The position numbers and the translations under genes were made by a program. A stretch of 64,000 bases of DNA from Glaucostegus cemiculus (Eukaryota): positions 992,001-1,056,000 of the forward strand of contig CDPCPM010000435.1 in NCBI GenBank assembly GCA_976551045.1, in the 5' to 3' direction. The notes beneath the pieces are model-generated. The model was not told the DNA's origin. It saw only the letters and a list, made by a program, of their open reading frames with translations, and searched no databases. Position 1 is the stretch's first letter. Each line of letters opens with the position of its first letter. Below are positions 13,132 through 26,142 of this stretch, in pieces.

Positions 13132-15441
13132 CTTAAAGTACAGAACAGAACCATGTTAATAATTTTGCTCCTCGATCACCAAAATGATTGCTCTGTTAAT
13201 AAAACTTTTTATATAGAAAACATTTGTGAATTCAAGATTGTCTAACGATAAATATAACATTCAGCTTAGTTCAACGTCATCAATGTAGAAAGGAAGGCAA
13301 TTTTAATTAGACCAAGATTTTGTGTAAAATTTTAATGTTAGGAGAATGTGTACATGTCTTACTCAGATAACATAAAGACCTATAGACATCAGCTGTCACC
13401 CTTTGCTTGCTGATTGGTTGGCTGCTGCGTAAGCAATGTCTTGATTTTAAAATTCCCTCCATGGCTTCATCCCTCCCTTTCAATTTAATCTCCCAACAGC
13501 TACTATCCTCTGGCCACTCAATCATTCCCAGTTTTAATTGTTCCACCCCTGGAGGCCCTCAGTTTCCTCCCTCAACGTTGCTGCCTCGCTGTCTCACTGC
13601 ACAAATTTGATGATGCTTAAAATACAAGTCACAGTCACAGGGAGATACAACACAGAATTAGGCCCTTCAACCCATCGTCCACACCAACCATTGACCATCC
13701 ATTAAGTCTTTGGCCAAATGCAAAACAAGACAAAATTGTGTTGTATTTGTTGAGCAACACAAATATCTGTCAAATTTGGTTTTATAACATTCATGTGATT
13801 CCTATAGATGTTTTGGTACATTAATGGCACTATGCAAATTAAAGCAGCAGGGTCAGTATGGACATCACTTCTGGTACATAGTATTGAACAATTCTGGCAA
13901 CAATTACATCAGCCAGTTCTGAATATGGCCAGAGGAGAGACACCTAGGTGACCCTGTTCGAGGGTGAAGTGATTTAGTGAGTGTGACCAGAAGGGTCCCA
14001 CTCAGCAACCAGTCCTGAAACACTGGAGACCATTTCTTCGGTTAAAGAACAATGAAACCAGAATGGACCCACTGTCAATTCAGCTTGAGTTGGTTTCTGT
14101 ACCACAATTAACCTACTCAGAAATAACATATGGAATATTAAGATCCTTAAATAAATTTGATAAGAGTACTTGTTTTAATGGGCTGCATTAAATCAAGCCA
14201 CATACTATACAGAGTTTGCTTTTTATAAAGATGACCAGCTAGGAATTTACAATGCTGAAAATATCTTGTCACATTAGTCACTTTGTCTTATAATTACCTT
14301 TAAATTGATTTTTTTTTAAAACTACCTAAAACCCTTAGGCAGTATTTAATATTTATCAAAATAGAACCCAAAGTGTTGTGGCTCAGTTTGGCTTTTAACA
14401 ACTGCTGACTCATGGGAAGTTTAGGCAGAAAAATACACATTTAACTGTCAATAATGTACCCACACAGATTACACTAGGATATAGTTCAGTCAGCCCTGCA
14501 TTACTGACTGCTGGACAACATACCATATCATAATCTACAGCATCATGAGTTCAGGAAAGTGGACAGGGTGGTGGTTTAATTACAGTAAATGCTGAGCTGT
14601 TTATAATTGAAGCCTAGAAGTCCAATCATGTTGGAATAGTTGTGTTAGAATTGCATTGAATTAGGGCCCCATTATAGACTGATCACAGTTGAAATTCACA
14701 CAGGTGCTTTATTAACATGAATGCAATATCCGGCCAGAGCCCACTTTGCAGGGTGTAATCTGAAGGTAGCTAGCACCATTTGAACCTAGCAGCGATTGAA
14801 GCCATGACTGCATCTCTTCATGTACAGTGGTCACCACTGGAAGTCGTTGGAAAGCTTTGGGAATGATGATGCAATCCAAAGCAGGCCAGGGACCTTAATT
14901 TTTGATGCCATCCTCAATGGTGTTAGTTGTAGAACTATAGAGGATTTATCCGCACCCAGAAGCCATTGAGATGAGTTAGAAGCAGTCATGGGAGAGATCA
15001 ATAGGTTTCCAGATAATAAAGGGATCGAGGGACATGGTGCTCTTTTCCTTCTAGCGGGGTTAGATTTTAAGGGGTGCCGACGGAGGATCCTTGGTGAGCT
15101 GACATAACACATCTTGTAGATGATGCCTGTAGATAACTGGCGTAAAAATTACCTTCCTGCCTTGTCACTGGTCCTCTTCCCACGATATAGTGTGTTTTGG
15201 TAATTTATCTCCTTGATTGTATGAGAGCACAATTTTTATGGCATTTGCCACCTTTTTATTCAGGGCTTTACTGAGTTAGAACAATACTTCTGAAACTCCA
15301 GCATAGCCTGAGAAGAGGTCTTGGATCTCTTGGACGCATTAGCAGATATTCCCCTTACATAAAGAATAATTTAACAAACATGTAGCATGTATGCAGAGCA
15401 GAAAAAATGATGATGATAGCAGGAAAGAAAGATCCAGTTAC

Positions 15442-15714
15442 CTCGTTGACATATGGCCGCTTTACTCCTTGCCCAGGCATCTGTTGTGTTGGTCGGGGTC
15501 CTGCATATCCGTGCTGTGGCATTCGCTGGCTCTGTGCACTGAACATGGGGTTGATACCGGGTGGCCTTGAGTGGGCCATAGACATGTGTGATATACTTGA
15601 TGGTCCCATTGGGCCAGCCATTCCTCCTGTGGTCATTCCAGTGGACATCTGCGGTGAACCACGAGGGCCAGAGTGACTGATGTATTGGTTGTTATAGGAT
15701 TGAGCTGCACTTAT
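15442..15714 (-). CDS. ZMIZ2: ZMIZ coding exon (273 bp): ISAAQSYNNQYISHSGPRGSPQ...GVKRPYVNE
   Basis: Acceptor CTACAG|ATA, donor GAG|GTAACT, phase 0 to 0; GPRG, QRMPQHGY and KRPY motifs. Confidence 0.94.
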
Positions 15715-15854
15715 CTGTAGAAGAAAAGCAGATAAAACATCAGTTAAGTGTTTTGCTGAATCCCTGTGAATAATGTTTCTGAGCTAGAAAATGGGACATG
15801 TCGCTTTGTCATAAGCTAGTTATCACCACTGGCGTAGCAGGATCAACATAGGAA

Positions 15855-17030
15855 CAACAGAGTACAAGTACATAGTTCACTGAAAGTGGAGACACAGGTA
15901 GACAGGGTGGTGAAGAAGGCATTTGGCACACTTGCCTTCATCAGTCAGGGCACTGAGTACAAGAGCAACACAAAAAAATGCTGGAGGAACTCAGCGGGTC
16001 AGGCAGCATCTGTGGAGGGAAATGGACAATCGACGCTTCAGGTCAAGAACCTTCATCCGGAACAGTCTGTATGAAGGGTCTCGATCTGAAACGACGACTG
16101 TCCATTTCCCTCCATAGATGCTGCCTGACCCACTGAGTTGCTCCAGATTCCAGCATCTGCAGTCTCTTGTGTCTCTACTGAGTCCAAGAGTTGGGATATC
16201 GTGTTACAACTGCACAAGACTTTAGTGAGACTGCACTTGGAGTATTGTGTGCAGTTCTGGTCATCTAGCTATAGGAAGGACGTGATTAAGCTATAAAGGG
16301 TCCAGAAAAGATTCACAAGGACTGGGTATGAGGTCTACCAGCTATGTCAAATAAGAAATTGAGCAAGCTAGGCCTCGTATACCAGAGTTCAGACAGATGA
16401 GAGGTTCCAGGTCCTGCTCAAAGTCACTTGTGAGATTGGAAGAGACTTCTTCCATATTCCCTGACATTTCACTCACACCTTAATGCTGGTGTAACTATGT
16501 CTGAGGCCTTAATGTGCATGTCCATTAGACTTAGACTTTCAGCTGCCTGTGGCTAAACAAAGCACTTACTTCCATTACCAGGTCTGGAAGGCGTGAGTTA
16601 TAAAGAGAGACTGGATAGGTTGGAGCTTTTTGCCCTGGAGTGAAGGGGACTGATTGGGTGACCTTACAGAGGTTTATAATATCATGAGGGGCACAGATAA
16701 GGTGAATCGTCGCAGTCTTTTTCCCTGTGGTGGGGGGTGTAAAATTACAGGCCACAGATGTAAGGTAAGGGGGAAGAAATTTTAAAGGGGACCTGAGGGG
16801 CAACTTTTTCGCACAGAGGGTGGTGAATCTATCGAACGAGCTGCCAGAGGAAGTGGTAGAGGTGGGTACAATTACAACGTTTAAAAGAAATTTGGACAGG
16901 TACATGGATAGAAAAGGTTTAAAGGGATACAGGCCAAACGCTGGCAAATGGGACTAACTCAGGTAGGCATCTTGGTTGGCATGGACAAGTTGGGCAGAAG
17001 GGCTAAACTCCATGCTGTATAATTCTATTC
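15855..17030 (+). mobile_element. CR1 LINE 3' fragment, interrupted
   Basis: ETQVDRVVKKAFGTLAFISQGTEYKS resumes after the insertion at 16191; 3' end lies at 16575-17030. Confidence 0.85.
15966..16176. mobile_element. ~211-bp foldback element made of two inverted Penelope-type repeats, with a 14-bp TSD
   Basis: Arms of about 80 bp at ~15981-16059 and ~16068-16147 are reverse complements. Flanks are ACTGAGTACAAGAG (15952-15965) and ACTGAGTCCAAGAG (16177-16190). Confidence 0.8.
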
Positions 17031-18324
17031 CTGGATGCAGGACTAAGAAAATCAGCCCTGATTTCCCTCTTGATCATTAACCAGTAATGACAACTAGACA
17101 ATATTTGTGGACAACAGCAGAGGTAGGCCATAATTCTTTCCATAACCAAACAGCAAATAACTATTCTCTCTCCTGGCTCCCATATGAAGTATGATTGAAC
17201 ATCCAAAACACGAGGCTTCAGAAGGGGTGAAAACTGGAAAGGAAATAAAAAACTGAGACATGGATGGGGTTTTGGAGCTAGACTGCTCTGTAGCGGCAGT
17301 TACCAATGTGAAGCAAAGTCACAGATCCATTTGCCAATATTTCTTGGGTTTTTGGTGAGTGGGTGGATTTTATCTTAAGGTGCCTGAGCTGAACCTGGGG
17401 CAACTAAGATACATTCTTGTCCACTCACCTCCCTCTTCACTAGCAGCTAGGATGCCAAAGTTAGGATGCCTTGCCTCTGGAAAACACTGGCAGGAAATAA
17501 GGCGCAGGAGTGCCCATTTTCTGGGCAGTATGAAAGTTCTCCAAGAGCCAAAATATTATACGCAGTGCAAACAGATACTTATGAAGCAGGTTAAACTGGT
17601 GTAGTATTGATGAGAGTGTTAGAAATATGTGCACTGAGAGACTGCCAGAGTAATTCAGAGTAAGCAGATCGTAATGTCAGCCAGCCTGCAGGTGTGATTT
17701 GGTATCAGCACTGCCATTTTGGACACATCAGTCCAGAAGCCTACTAAGAGCGGTGTGGCCGCTGCTGCAGAACACATTGTCAAGTTCAGACTTCTACAAA
17801 AAAATTCAGGTGTTCCCACACATGAAAGTGTTAGTAGGTCTTCTCTTAAATATATCATCATCCAAAGAATGAGCAGAAGGCATTCAAAGCACACCACACT
17901 GCTGGAGAAAGGGGGCTGGGCTCTGACGTCTTCCCAGGGTGTACAAGGAGTAATTCCCCAACGTGGACTTTGGCCAGAAGCAATGTGCAAGATGGCTGTG
18001 CTACAGTAGAGATACCTTCACTAAAATCTGCCACCTCTAGCAGCCGACCTGAGAGAGCAGCAAGGGCCACATCACCAGTGACTGAAGTCAATTACTCTAG
18101 TCACCTTGAACATGGGTTTTAACTCCTGTCCATTGGAGCTGGAGATTTTAAATCTTTTACTGTTTGCAAGATCAGCCATGCTCTCTAATCCAAGACAGTG
18201 ATTAGACTTCATTCCTTCAAGCCAGAAACCAGTAGGCAGAGCATGAATGTGCCTTTGGGAAGACTGCAAGCTCCCGCAAGCTGCAGTATGTCAATGATTG
18301 CAGACATATTGTTTTAAATGCAAA

Positions 18325-19010
18325 TTTTCAGCATCAGTTTTATTGTCACTACCATATACACATACAATGTGCATAGAAGTGAAATACCGTACTCCACAGA
18401 TCAAGGTGCTCGTCACATTAAAAAAAGCAGACACTGAGAAGCACAAAGACAGAGAGGCACTGAAAACATTAGAACCACAAAATTAAATTATACAACTTAA
18501 ATAATCTTAAAGTGAGCGTACTGGCAGCGGACATTTAAAGTGCTGGTGCGTTTCTGTACGTCTAGCATCCTTTAGTGTTGGCGGGAGTGAGGGAGGGATG
18601 AGGGTGTTCACAGTTCTAATAGCTTGTGGGAAGAAGCTATTGCACAGTCTAGTTGTCCTTGCCCGGATGCACTTGAGCCTTCTTCCAGACGGCAAGAAAT
18701 GTGAAGAGATGGTAGGAGGGGTGAGAAAGGTCCGACATTATATTTGTGGCCTTTTAACACATCGATCCTTATATATATCTGCAATAGAGGGTAGAGAGAC
18801 ACCTATGATCTTCTCCACTGCTCTCACTATACTCTGGAGGGACTTCCGACCAGCAGCTGAGCAGCTCCCAAACTAGACAGTGATGCAGTGAGTTAGGATG
18901 CTCTCGATGGTCCCTCTATAAAAAGTTTTCATTACCGAAGGATGGGAGTTCACTTTCCTCAGTCTCCGCAGGAAGTACAGGTGTTTTTGGGCTTTCTTAG
19001 TGAGGGTTCT
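18325..19010 (-). mobile_element. Rex1/Babar LINE 3' fragment
   Basis: PSGRRLKCIRARTTRLCNSFFPQAIR is a typical Rex1 RT C-terminus. Confidence 0.8.
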
Positions 19011-19604
19011 GTAACTTCTTAATTTTGTTCTGTACTAGAAATGAAAGCAATTCCACTTCCCGTACGTACAGCTGGAATGGAACCACTAGCAGGGTACCAT
19101 GCCCCATTTCCAAGGGAATTCATGATACCTTCATTCAGCAGCAATCTGCTCGCCAGCTACACTTTAGCCACCATGCCAAGTTAAAGAGTGGCTTTGGCCC
19201 AGAAGAGAACTCCACTGTTGCACATCTGCACACCATACAAACACCAGGCAGAACGGGGCAATCTAGGTCACCTTCTTCCTCTTCCCCCACTCCTGCTCTT
19301 TCTTCTGTGCACAAACACTGAAAGCCAAGTTTGGTGCACAGAACATCTTTTTAGAATGTCTAAAAAACATATGGGTAGGTTAATTTGAGGGTTTAAAATG
19401 GGCAGCATGGACTTGTTGGGCTGAAAGGGCCTGTTACCATGCTGTAAATAAAAAAAATGTGTTTGAGCATGTCATTGGCACGCTGAAGCAATCCTTTATC
19501 TGCAGAGATCTGGAAGAGTTCAGTGAGCAACCTTACCACCCCATGGGACCAGCCTTTGCCACCAGTGATAAACTTTGAGCAGCTGAACAGCAGAAGGCAA
19601 GGTA

Positions 19605-19815
19605 GATTGTGACCTCGCAATCTACCCCGTTAAGGCCTTGCACATTGTTTGCCTGACTGCACTTTCTCTGTAATTGTGACACTATTCTGCATTCTGTTAT
19701 TGTTTTCCCTTGTACTACCTCAATGCACTGATGTGATGAAATGATCTGTATGGACGGCATGCAAAACAAAGTTTTTCACTGTACCTCGGCACACGTGACA
19801 ATAATAAACCAATTC
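19605..19815 (+). mobile_element. Rex/Babar LINE 3' UTR fragment
   Basis: Tail closely similar to the copies at 8515, 53160, 56030 and 57465. Confidence 0.7.
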
Positions 19816-19879
19816 ACCAACTTAGATAGTCCCATTCTTCTTGGACTAATGTGAAGAATTGTCTCCAGTACTGCAACCC

Positions 19880-20151
19880 CAGTCTCCATTCACCAACAGT
19901 CCCCATTCACCAACAATCTCCATTGACCAACAGTCCCCATTCACCAACAGTCTCCATTCACCAACAGTCCCCATTCACCAACAGTCCCCATTCACCAACA
20001 GTCCCCATTCACCAACAGTCTCCATTCACCAACAGTCCCCATTCACCAACAGTCCCCATTCACCAACAGTCCCCATTCACCAACAGTCTCCATTCACCAA
20101 CAGTCCCCATTCACCAACAGTCCCCATTCACCAACAGTCCCCATTCACCAA
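19880..20151. repeat. 17-bp minisatellite, 16 copies, CAGTC(C/T)CCATTCACCAA
   Basis: Counted directly; head-to-tail units without spacers. Confidence 0.97.
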
Positions 20152-20494
20152 CTTCCATCTGACAGCCACATCATTAGACACAATGCAAAAATAAAAGCCA
20201 CCACAAAATAAATATTCCAAACCAAATTTATAAATAAGTCATGCCAACTTCAATACAACCATCAACCAACCAACAAACATGCATTTCTTTAGTGCCTATG
20301 CATGATTTTTTGTCCGTCCTAAATTGCTATGGAGTGTCACCCAATGACAACATGGCTGGTGGAAATGCCGACTTAAGTGGAGGATGTAGCAGAAGAACAA
20401 CCTCGAATATTTCCCTTCCTAAATGCAGTCTGATCCAGCTGCCTGATGGGTCACAGCTACCTCACTGAGGGATGACCCTTTTAAGGGTTAACAA

Positions 20495-21600
20495 AATTAC
20501 GACGGGCATAGGTAGTTTAGATTGACCTAATCTTTTTCCCAGGGTAAGGCAGTTTAGAAGCAGAAGACACAGGTTTAAGGTGAGAGGCGAGAAATTTAAG
20601 GAAGATCGAACCAGTAAGCGTTTCACACAGATGGTGGTGAATAGTCATAATGAGCTGCCAGAGGAGATAGAACATAGAACATAGATACCTACAGCACAAT
20701 TCAGGCCCTTTGGCCCACAAAGCTGTGCCGAACATGTCCCCACACTATTAGGCTTACCCATAGCCTTCTATCTTATTTACCTCCATGTACCTATCCAACA
20801 GTCTCTTGAAAGACCCTATCGTATCCGCCTCCACCACCATCTCCGGCAGCCCATTCCATGCACAAAAAGTATCCAGATAATAAACTGCTGATCATGGTTT
20901 CTTAACTGAAAGTTGGCGACTGAGTGAAATATATTTCAATTTGAGCATTAATAAATCAGGTACAACAGGACAGTTAAAAAAAGAAACGTATTATCCTGCT
21001 AGAGAAACGAAGGACTGCAGATGCTGGAATCCAGGTGAAAAACACGATGATGCTGAAGGAACTCAGCAGGCCAGGCAGCACCCGCGGGGAAAAGCAGGTG
21101 GCCAACTGCCCGGGTCAGGACCACCCCCCCCACCCCACCCCCCACGACTGAAAAGGGGAAGCCCAATAGACAAGAGATTCACCTGCACCTCCCCTAATGT
21201 CATCCACTGCACTCGGTGCTCCAAGTGTGGCCTCCTCTACATTGGCGAGACCAAACACAGAGCAGGTGACCATTTTGCAGAACACCTGCGCTCTGTCCAT
21301 AACCACGATTTACATCTCCCCGCCACCAGTCACTTCAACTCCCCCTCCCACACTATCACTGATATGTCAGTCCTCGGCCTCCTCCACTGCCAGGAGAATT
21401 CCAGGCACAAAGAACAGCAGCTCATTTTCCGTCTTGGAACCTTGCAGCCTAGGTAGTGGAGGTAGCTACTAACACAACATTTCAAAGGCATTTGGATGGG
21501 AACGTGGATAGGAAAGGAGTTGAAGGATACGGGCTAATGTGGGCATCACAGTCGGCATGGATGAGGTGGGCCATAAGGGTCGTTTCTGCGCTGTATGTTT
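20495..21600 (+). mobile_element. CR1 3' fragment split by a ~785-bp composite insert (20667-21450)
   Basis: GAGCTGCCAGAGGAG ends at 20666 and resumes as AGGTAGTGGAGG at 21451, matching the contiguous CR1 sequence seen in other copies. Confidence 0.7.
21001..21450 (+). mobile_element. Penelope-like element fragment: inverted terminal repeat plus GIY-YIG endonuclease
   Basis: RFTCTSPNVIHCTRCSKCGLLYIGETK...FAEHLRSV...HFNSPSH...LIFRLGTLQP. Confidence 0.88.
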
Positions 21601-23060
21601 TTACGATAATAGGCGCTGCCAGAAGTGAGATCATGTGCCGCCTTCCAGAGAGGGAACAGAAGGTTTGTATCGCCCGGAGCTGCTGCCATTCCCCTGGGCT
21701 TCACGAAAGCCAATAATCTGACACAGGTCAGATTACTGCACTCCCGAAATACCCCACAAACCACTTAGTGTTGTCTGAAGACAATACACCAACATTCTGA
21801 GCTCTCTCTGCACTAGGTAGTGACTGGTGCTGAATGGAAGTGGTGACATCAGCATTCAGATGCTGCATTATAATGAAGTCCATGACAAGCTAGGGATTTT
21901 GCACCACTTTCATGCTGGAAAGGATGGGCTCCAAACTCTGTGCAAAGCTCAATCTAGGCTCCTTCATGCTCCCTGACAATGAATACAGGCTTTCTGGTAG
22001 ACTTCCCAACCCACAAGGTATTTCATTGTGCAAACCCATCAGCTGCCTTCTGTAATTGGCCCCATCAGGCGGTCCTCCAAAGCACAACTTGTCCATGTTC
22101 TTACCCCACCTCCAGTGAGGTAACACCTGCACTATCCTTTCCCTATTGTGTGGCTGTACCACATGCAGACATCCTGCCTCTAGCCCTCTCCTCTAAACTA
22201 GGTACAGCAGAGTCCAAGCTGGTGGCTGCAAGGGTAAAACTGAATGCACATGCATAGTCACCACCTTCCTCTTCACTGCTTGACTAGATTTCAGGTCTTG
22301 CTGTTTGAAATTAAGAAGGTACAAGGCTAAAGTTAAAGTGCAGGGGAGAGGGGGAAAGGGAGAAACAAGACAAACATCTGCAACTTGCAAATATTGGAAA
22401 AGCTCATGTCTTGGGAGGTGGCTTGGGTATAGGGTACCATCACTACTGATGGATTCAGTTCTGCAGCAATGGACATCCCAATCGTAGCACCAGTTTCTTC
22501 CAAGAGGACTATGGCACGCAGGCACTCCCGTTCTTGTCTATCTAATTGCATCATCTTCTCTTGCAAGAGAGAAGGAAGTGTGTTTATTTGGGTAACGTGG
22601 ATGTCACCGTGTACAAGCTCTGAGAGGTGGGCAGAAGGCTGCAGCAGTGCTAAGTACGTGAGGGTGCACGTGAATGTTAGTTCTCATTGTAAGTTGGTGA
22701 CTGATGGAGGTGTGGTGTATTGATGAATACCAGACTGGTAGCATAATTGGCTAAATATGATGTTTGAATTTGCACTTACTGATCTCAGGTCAGCATACTA
22801 AACTTCTCACAACACTATATCCAGGAACTCAGAGCTTTAATCCTAGCACTGACCTACAGTGCTACCTACTCCCATTGTATCTCCTGGTGTACCAGTCATC
22901 CCTCTTTCCACCTTGTCAACCAGTGCAGCCTCCAAGAACCTGTGGAACACATGCTCTCCCACAGTGTGCCAAACTGCAACAAACCTACTTATACGTACCA
23001 GCACCTGCTGCAGCCACCTTGCGCCTCCATTTTAAGAGGTGCAGGCTAGGTGGTGCAGTC
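21600..23060 (-). mobile_element. Possible decayed Harbinger Myb/SANT-like gene
   Basis: Near 22900-22960 the minus strand reads, with a frameshift, RFLEAALVDKVER, resembling the Myb_DNA-bind_5 start. The downstream coil-like YRRQLMGLHNE...FAQSLEPILSSM is consistent. Heavily decayed. Confidence 0.4.
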
Positions 23061-23209
23061 TAATTTTATGAGATGCTGACCACTTGTAATATTGGTCTCT
23101 GCTGAAGCACCTAGCCTACGATTATCACAGTTCATGCTGGCAAGATCCAACATTTAATGTAATGAGCAGGCCGGGGGGTTAATTGTGCATAATGACTTGC
23201 ACACCAACT

Positions 23210-23545
23210 TTCTGGGTTATCAGATCCATTCCCAACTCTGGAACTTCAGCCCATACTCTTAGCTGACTGTTAAGATACAAGGGAGTGCTCATCAGATGTC
23301 TTGTTCTTTAGCTCAAGTATCAATCAGAGGCCCTCTTGATTAACTCAAAAGGTTACATTTCTGCCACAGTTCAAAGGCAAGTAGGGGAGTTACTACGGCT
23401 AATGTTAATCTTTCCATCAAAAGACTACAAATATAAGGAACAAGGCTGGTCATTCAGCTGTTTCTAAATGACATTCATTATATGGTAAAAGATAATTATG
23501 TGGAAACTGTGTAAGTATAATAATGCATTTTATAAAAGCAAGTAT
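23210..23545 (+). mobile_element. Old DeuSINE (SacSINE1/AmnSINE-like)
   Basis: Diverged Deu-domain motifs (GAGGCCC...AGGGGAGTT...CTGGTCATT) and an ATAAAAGCAAG end. Confidence 0.45.
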
Positions 23546-24589
23546 TAACTAAAACTACTGTTACGTTTACTAATGTCCTATCTCGGATTTATGCTGCTAA
23601 GTAGCTATCCCCCTGCACACTGCACAATGCTATTCCACAGTGAGAGGACTGTTTCTGTGCTTTCCCATCTTAACTCCCACTTGTCATAATGCAGTAAAAT
23701 TACTTAGGATTCAGAGTACAGGTAGTACTCTTGTCTGCCGACACGAAGCTACAAACCATGTTGTTAACACTATCGCCGATAAGAATAAAGAGGGTTAAAA
23801 TATGCATGGTGAACAGATGTTATTTAAAATAATCTTTCAGTGAAAGAGTCTGGTTTATTTTAAAACATATTAAATCTAATGAGTTAAATTCCATTCACTC
23901 CCCAAAGCTTTGGTATTCAAAGCAAGAGCAGCTGTACCTCTAAACCTCGGCAGCAGAAGTGTCCCCAGGTTCTGCTGCTCCCACCCTAGGCAACAATGAA
24001 GAAGTCCAATTAATGGGCTCACAGTGCCCAAATATTTTATATTAAATATATTAACTAAAGTAATTTAGTTAATTAATAAAGTAATTATGTAGGATATCAA
24101 TTCTGGAATGGGAAGTGGATTGAGCTCATGTGCAGTGCACTCTATAGACAAGAATGTTACTGTCTACAACCCAAAGCATTCCAAAGATTCACAATCCTCT
24201 GAGTAAAAGAACGTTCTCCTCAGTTCAGTCCTAATCAGCCAGTCTCCGATCTTCAGACCATGGCCCCAGTTCTAGACTTGCTGGTCTGAGCAAACAGCCT
24301 CTGCACCTACACTGCACCTTCAGTGAGATCACCTCTTCTAACCTTCAGTGAGAACAAATCCAAATTACTGAAACCCTGGTTCCAGCCATCCATCCAGTGA
24401 CTCTTGGCTCCTTACTGACCTCTGGAAAGTCTGCATCATTCCCATTTCCTGACGTGACAGACAATGCAGTCCCATTGCCCTGCCGACCCAGTGCAAACTG
24501 AATGAGTAGAACTGCCGACTCCACTCACTTCCTACGTATCAAAGGTGTAACTCAGGGAATAATGTGGTCCAAGCTATTCTTTGTGTACT

Positions 24590-26010
24590 TACAGTGGGGT
24601 AGTCCTCATTTCATCCTTACTCAGGCTTCTTCTTCAATACATTCAGTAAACTGCTGACTACACTGAAGCTGCTTCCTGAACTCATACAGAACTGTGCTGT
24701 CAATTTCCACCCAGCCTTCCCTTCACATGGTCCCTGTCTGACTCTACCTTTCCCTTTCTTCAATAACTATCTCGATCTTCATCTCAGAGGATAGGCTAAT
24801 GACCAATATCCATGATGCCCATAAACTACCACAGGCATCTCAACTAATTCCTCCCTCCTACCCTGCTTCCTGCAAGGATTCCAGCCCATTTTCCCAGTTT
24901 CTCCAGCTTTGTTGTATGTGTGCTTGGGGTGACACAGTGACACAGCGGTTCGTGCTGCTGCCTCACGACTCCAGCGACCTAGGTTTGATCTTGACCTTGG
25001 GTGCTGTCTGCGTCGAGTTTGCAGGTTCCCCAAGTGACTGCAAGGGTTTCTCCCAGGAGCTCTTGTTCCCTCTCACATGCCAAAGGCATGGTGGTTGGTA
25101 GGTTTATTGGTGACTGTAAATTGCCCCTATACAGGTGGGCGACAGGAGAATTGGGGGAGTTGATGGAAACCAAGAGAAAAAAAATGGAATTAGTGTAATT
25201 GGGTGCTTGATGGATGGCCAGATTTGTGCCGTATGACTTTCCACTCCAGTGTCTCTGAGATGTCTTTCTTTTTCCTTAACCTTGGCTTTCCCTTTACCAT
25301 AACTTTTAGAACTATCAACAGGGTCGTCTCTATTTCCCACGCTTCTGTCTTACCAGATCTCCTCCCAGCCAGATCAAGGACTGGGTCCCCCTTGTCCTCG
25401 CCTTCCAGCCCACCAGCCTCCATATTCAATGAATATTTATATAATAGATCCACAACTTCCACTAGCTCCAGAAATTCCACTGCCAGACATATCTTTCCCT
25501 TCACTCCCCTTTCAGCATTCCAAAGGAACCATGTCCTTTGTGACTCCCCAGTCTGCTCTTCCATCTCCACCAACCATTCCCCTTCTCATGGCACTTTTCC
25601 GGGCCACCACAGGAGATGTGACACCTGACCTTATATCTCTTCCCACCATACGAGACCCACGGAGTCCGTTCCAGGTGAAGCAGCACCTCTCCCAGACTAA
25701 TGTAATGCTTTCTGTGTTCACAAGAGGGTAACTCAGATTGTGTGACTGCTTTACAGAACACTTCCACTGAGTCTGCAAGAGTGAAGGTGACCTTCCAGTC
25801 ACCACGACTTTAATTCTCCATCCTTCTCCTACTCTGACTTATCTGCCTTTGGCCTCCTGTGTTAAGCCCAATACAAGCTCGAAGAACAGTACCTCATCTA
25901 ACATTTAGGCACAATATAATCTGCAAAACTCAACAATTCAGCCATTCCTGTTTGTGATAGAATTGGTCAGTTCCAGCTGACCTGCTGGATATTTCTAATA
26001 TTCTCTTCTG
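24590..26010 (+). mobile_element. Decayed Penelope-like element (RT C-terminus plus GIY-YIG) interrupted by a SINE
   Basis: Frameshifted HFQCLRDVFLF/PFQVKQH-type segments and a terminal-repeat remnant near 25970-26010. Confidence 0.65.
24925..25225 (+). mobile_element. tRNA-head V-SINE
   Basis: A/B-box-like head (GTGACACAGCGG, GGTTTGATC) and conserved core TGCTGTCTG..GAGTTTGCA. Confidence 0.75.
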
Positions 26011-26142
26011 TTTTATACTTCCAGCAGTTGCTGTGCTCTGCATCTCACTGTTCCAACGCGTCCTTTACTTTTCCTCTCTCTCTAACTGCCCTCATTCATC
26101 TATTATCTAGAAGGTTAGACAGAGATAATGTCCAGGTCTTAC

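Noticed and set aside
13129-13134. AAG acceptor as a sign of mis-called exon boundary
   Set aside because: AAG acceptors are uncommon but canonical, and this one preserves frame and homology.
19851-20194. Repetitive ORFs / CRISPR-like array
   Set aside because: A plain 17-bp minisatellite with no spacers.
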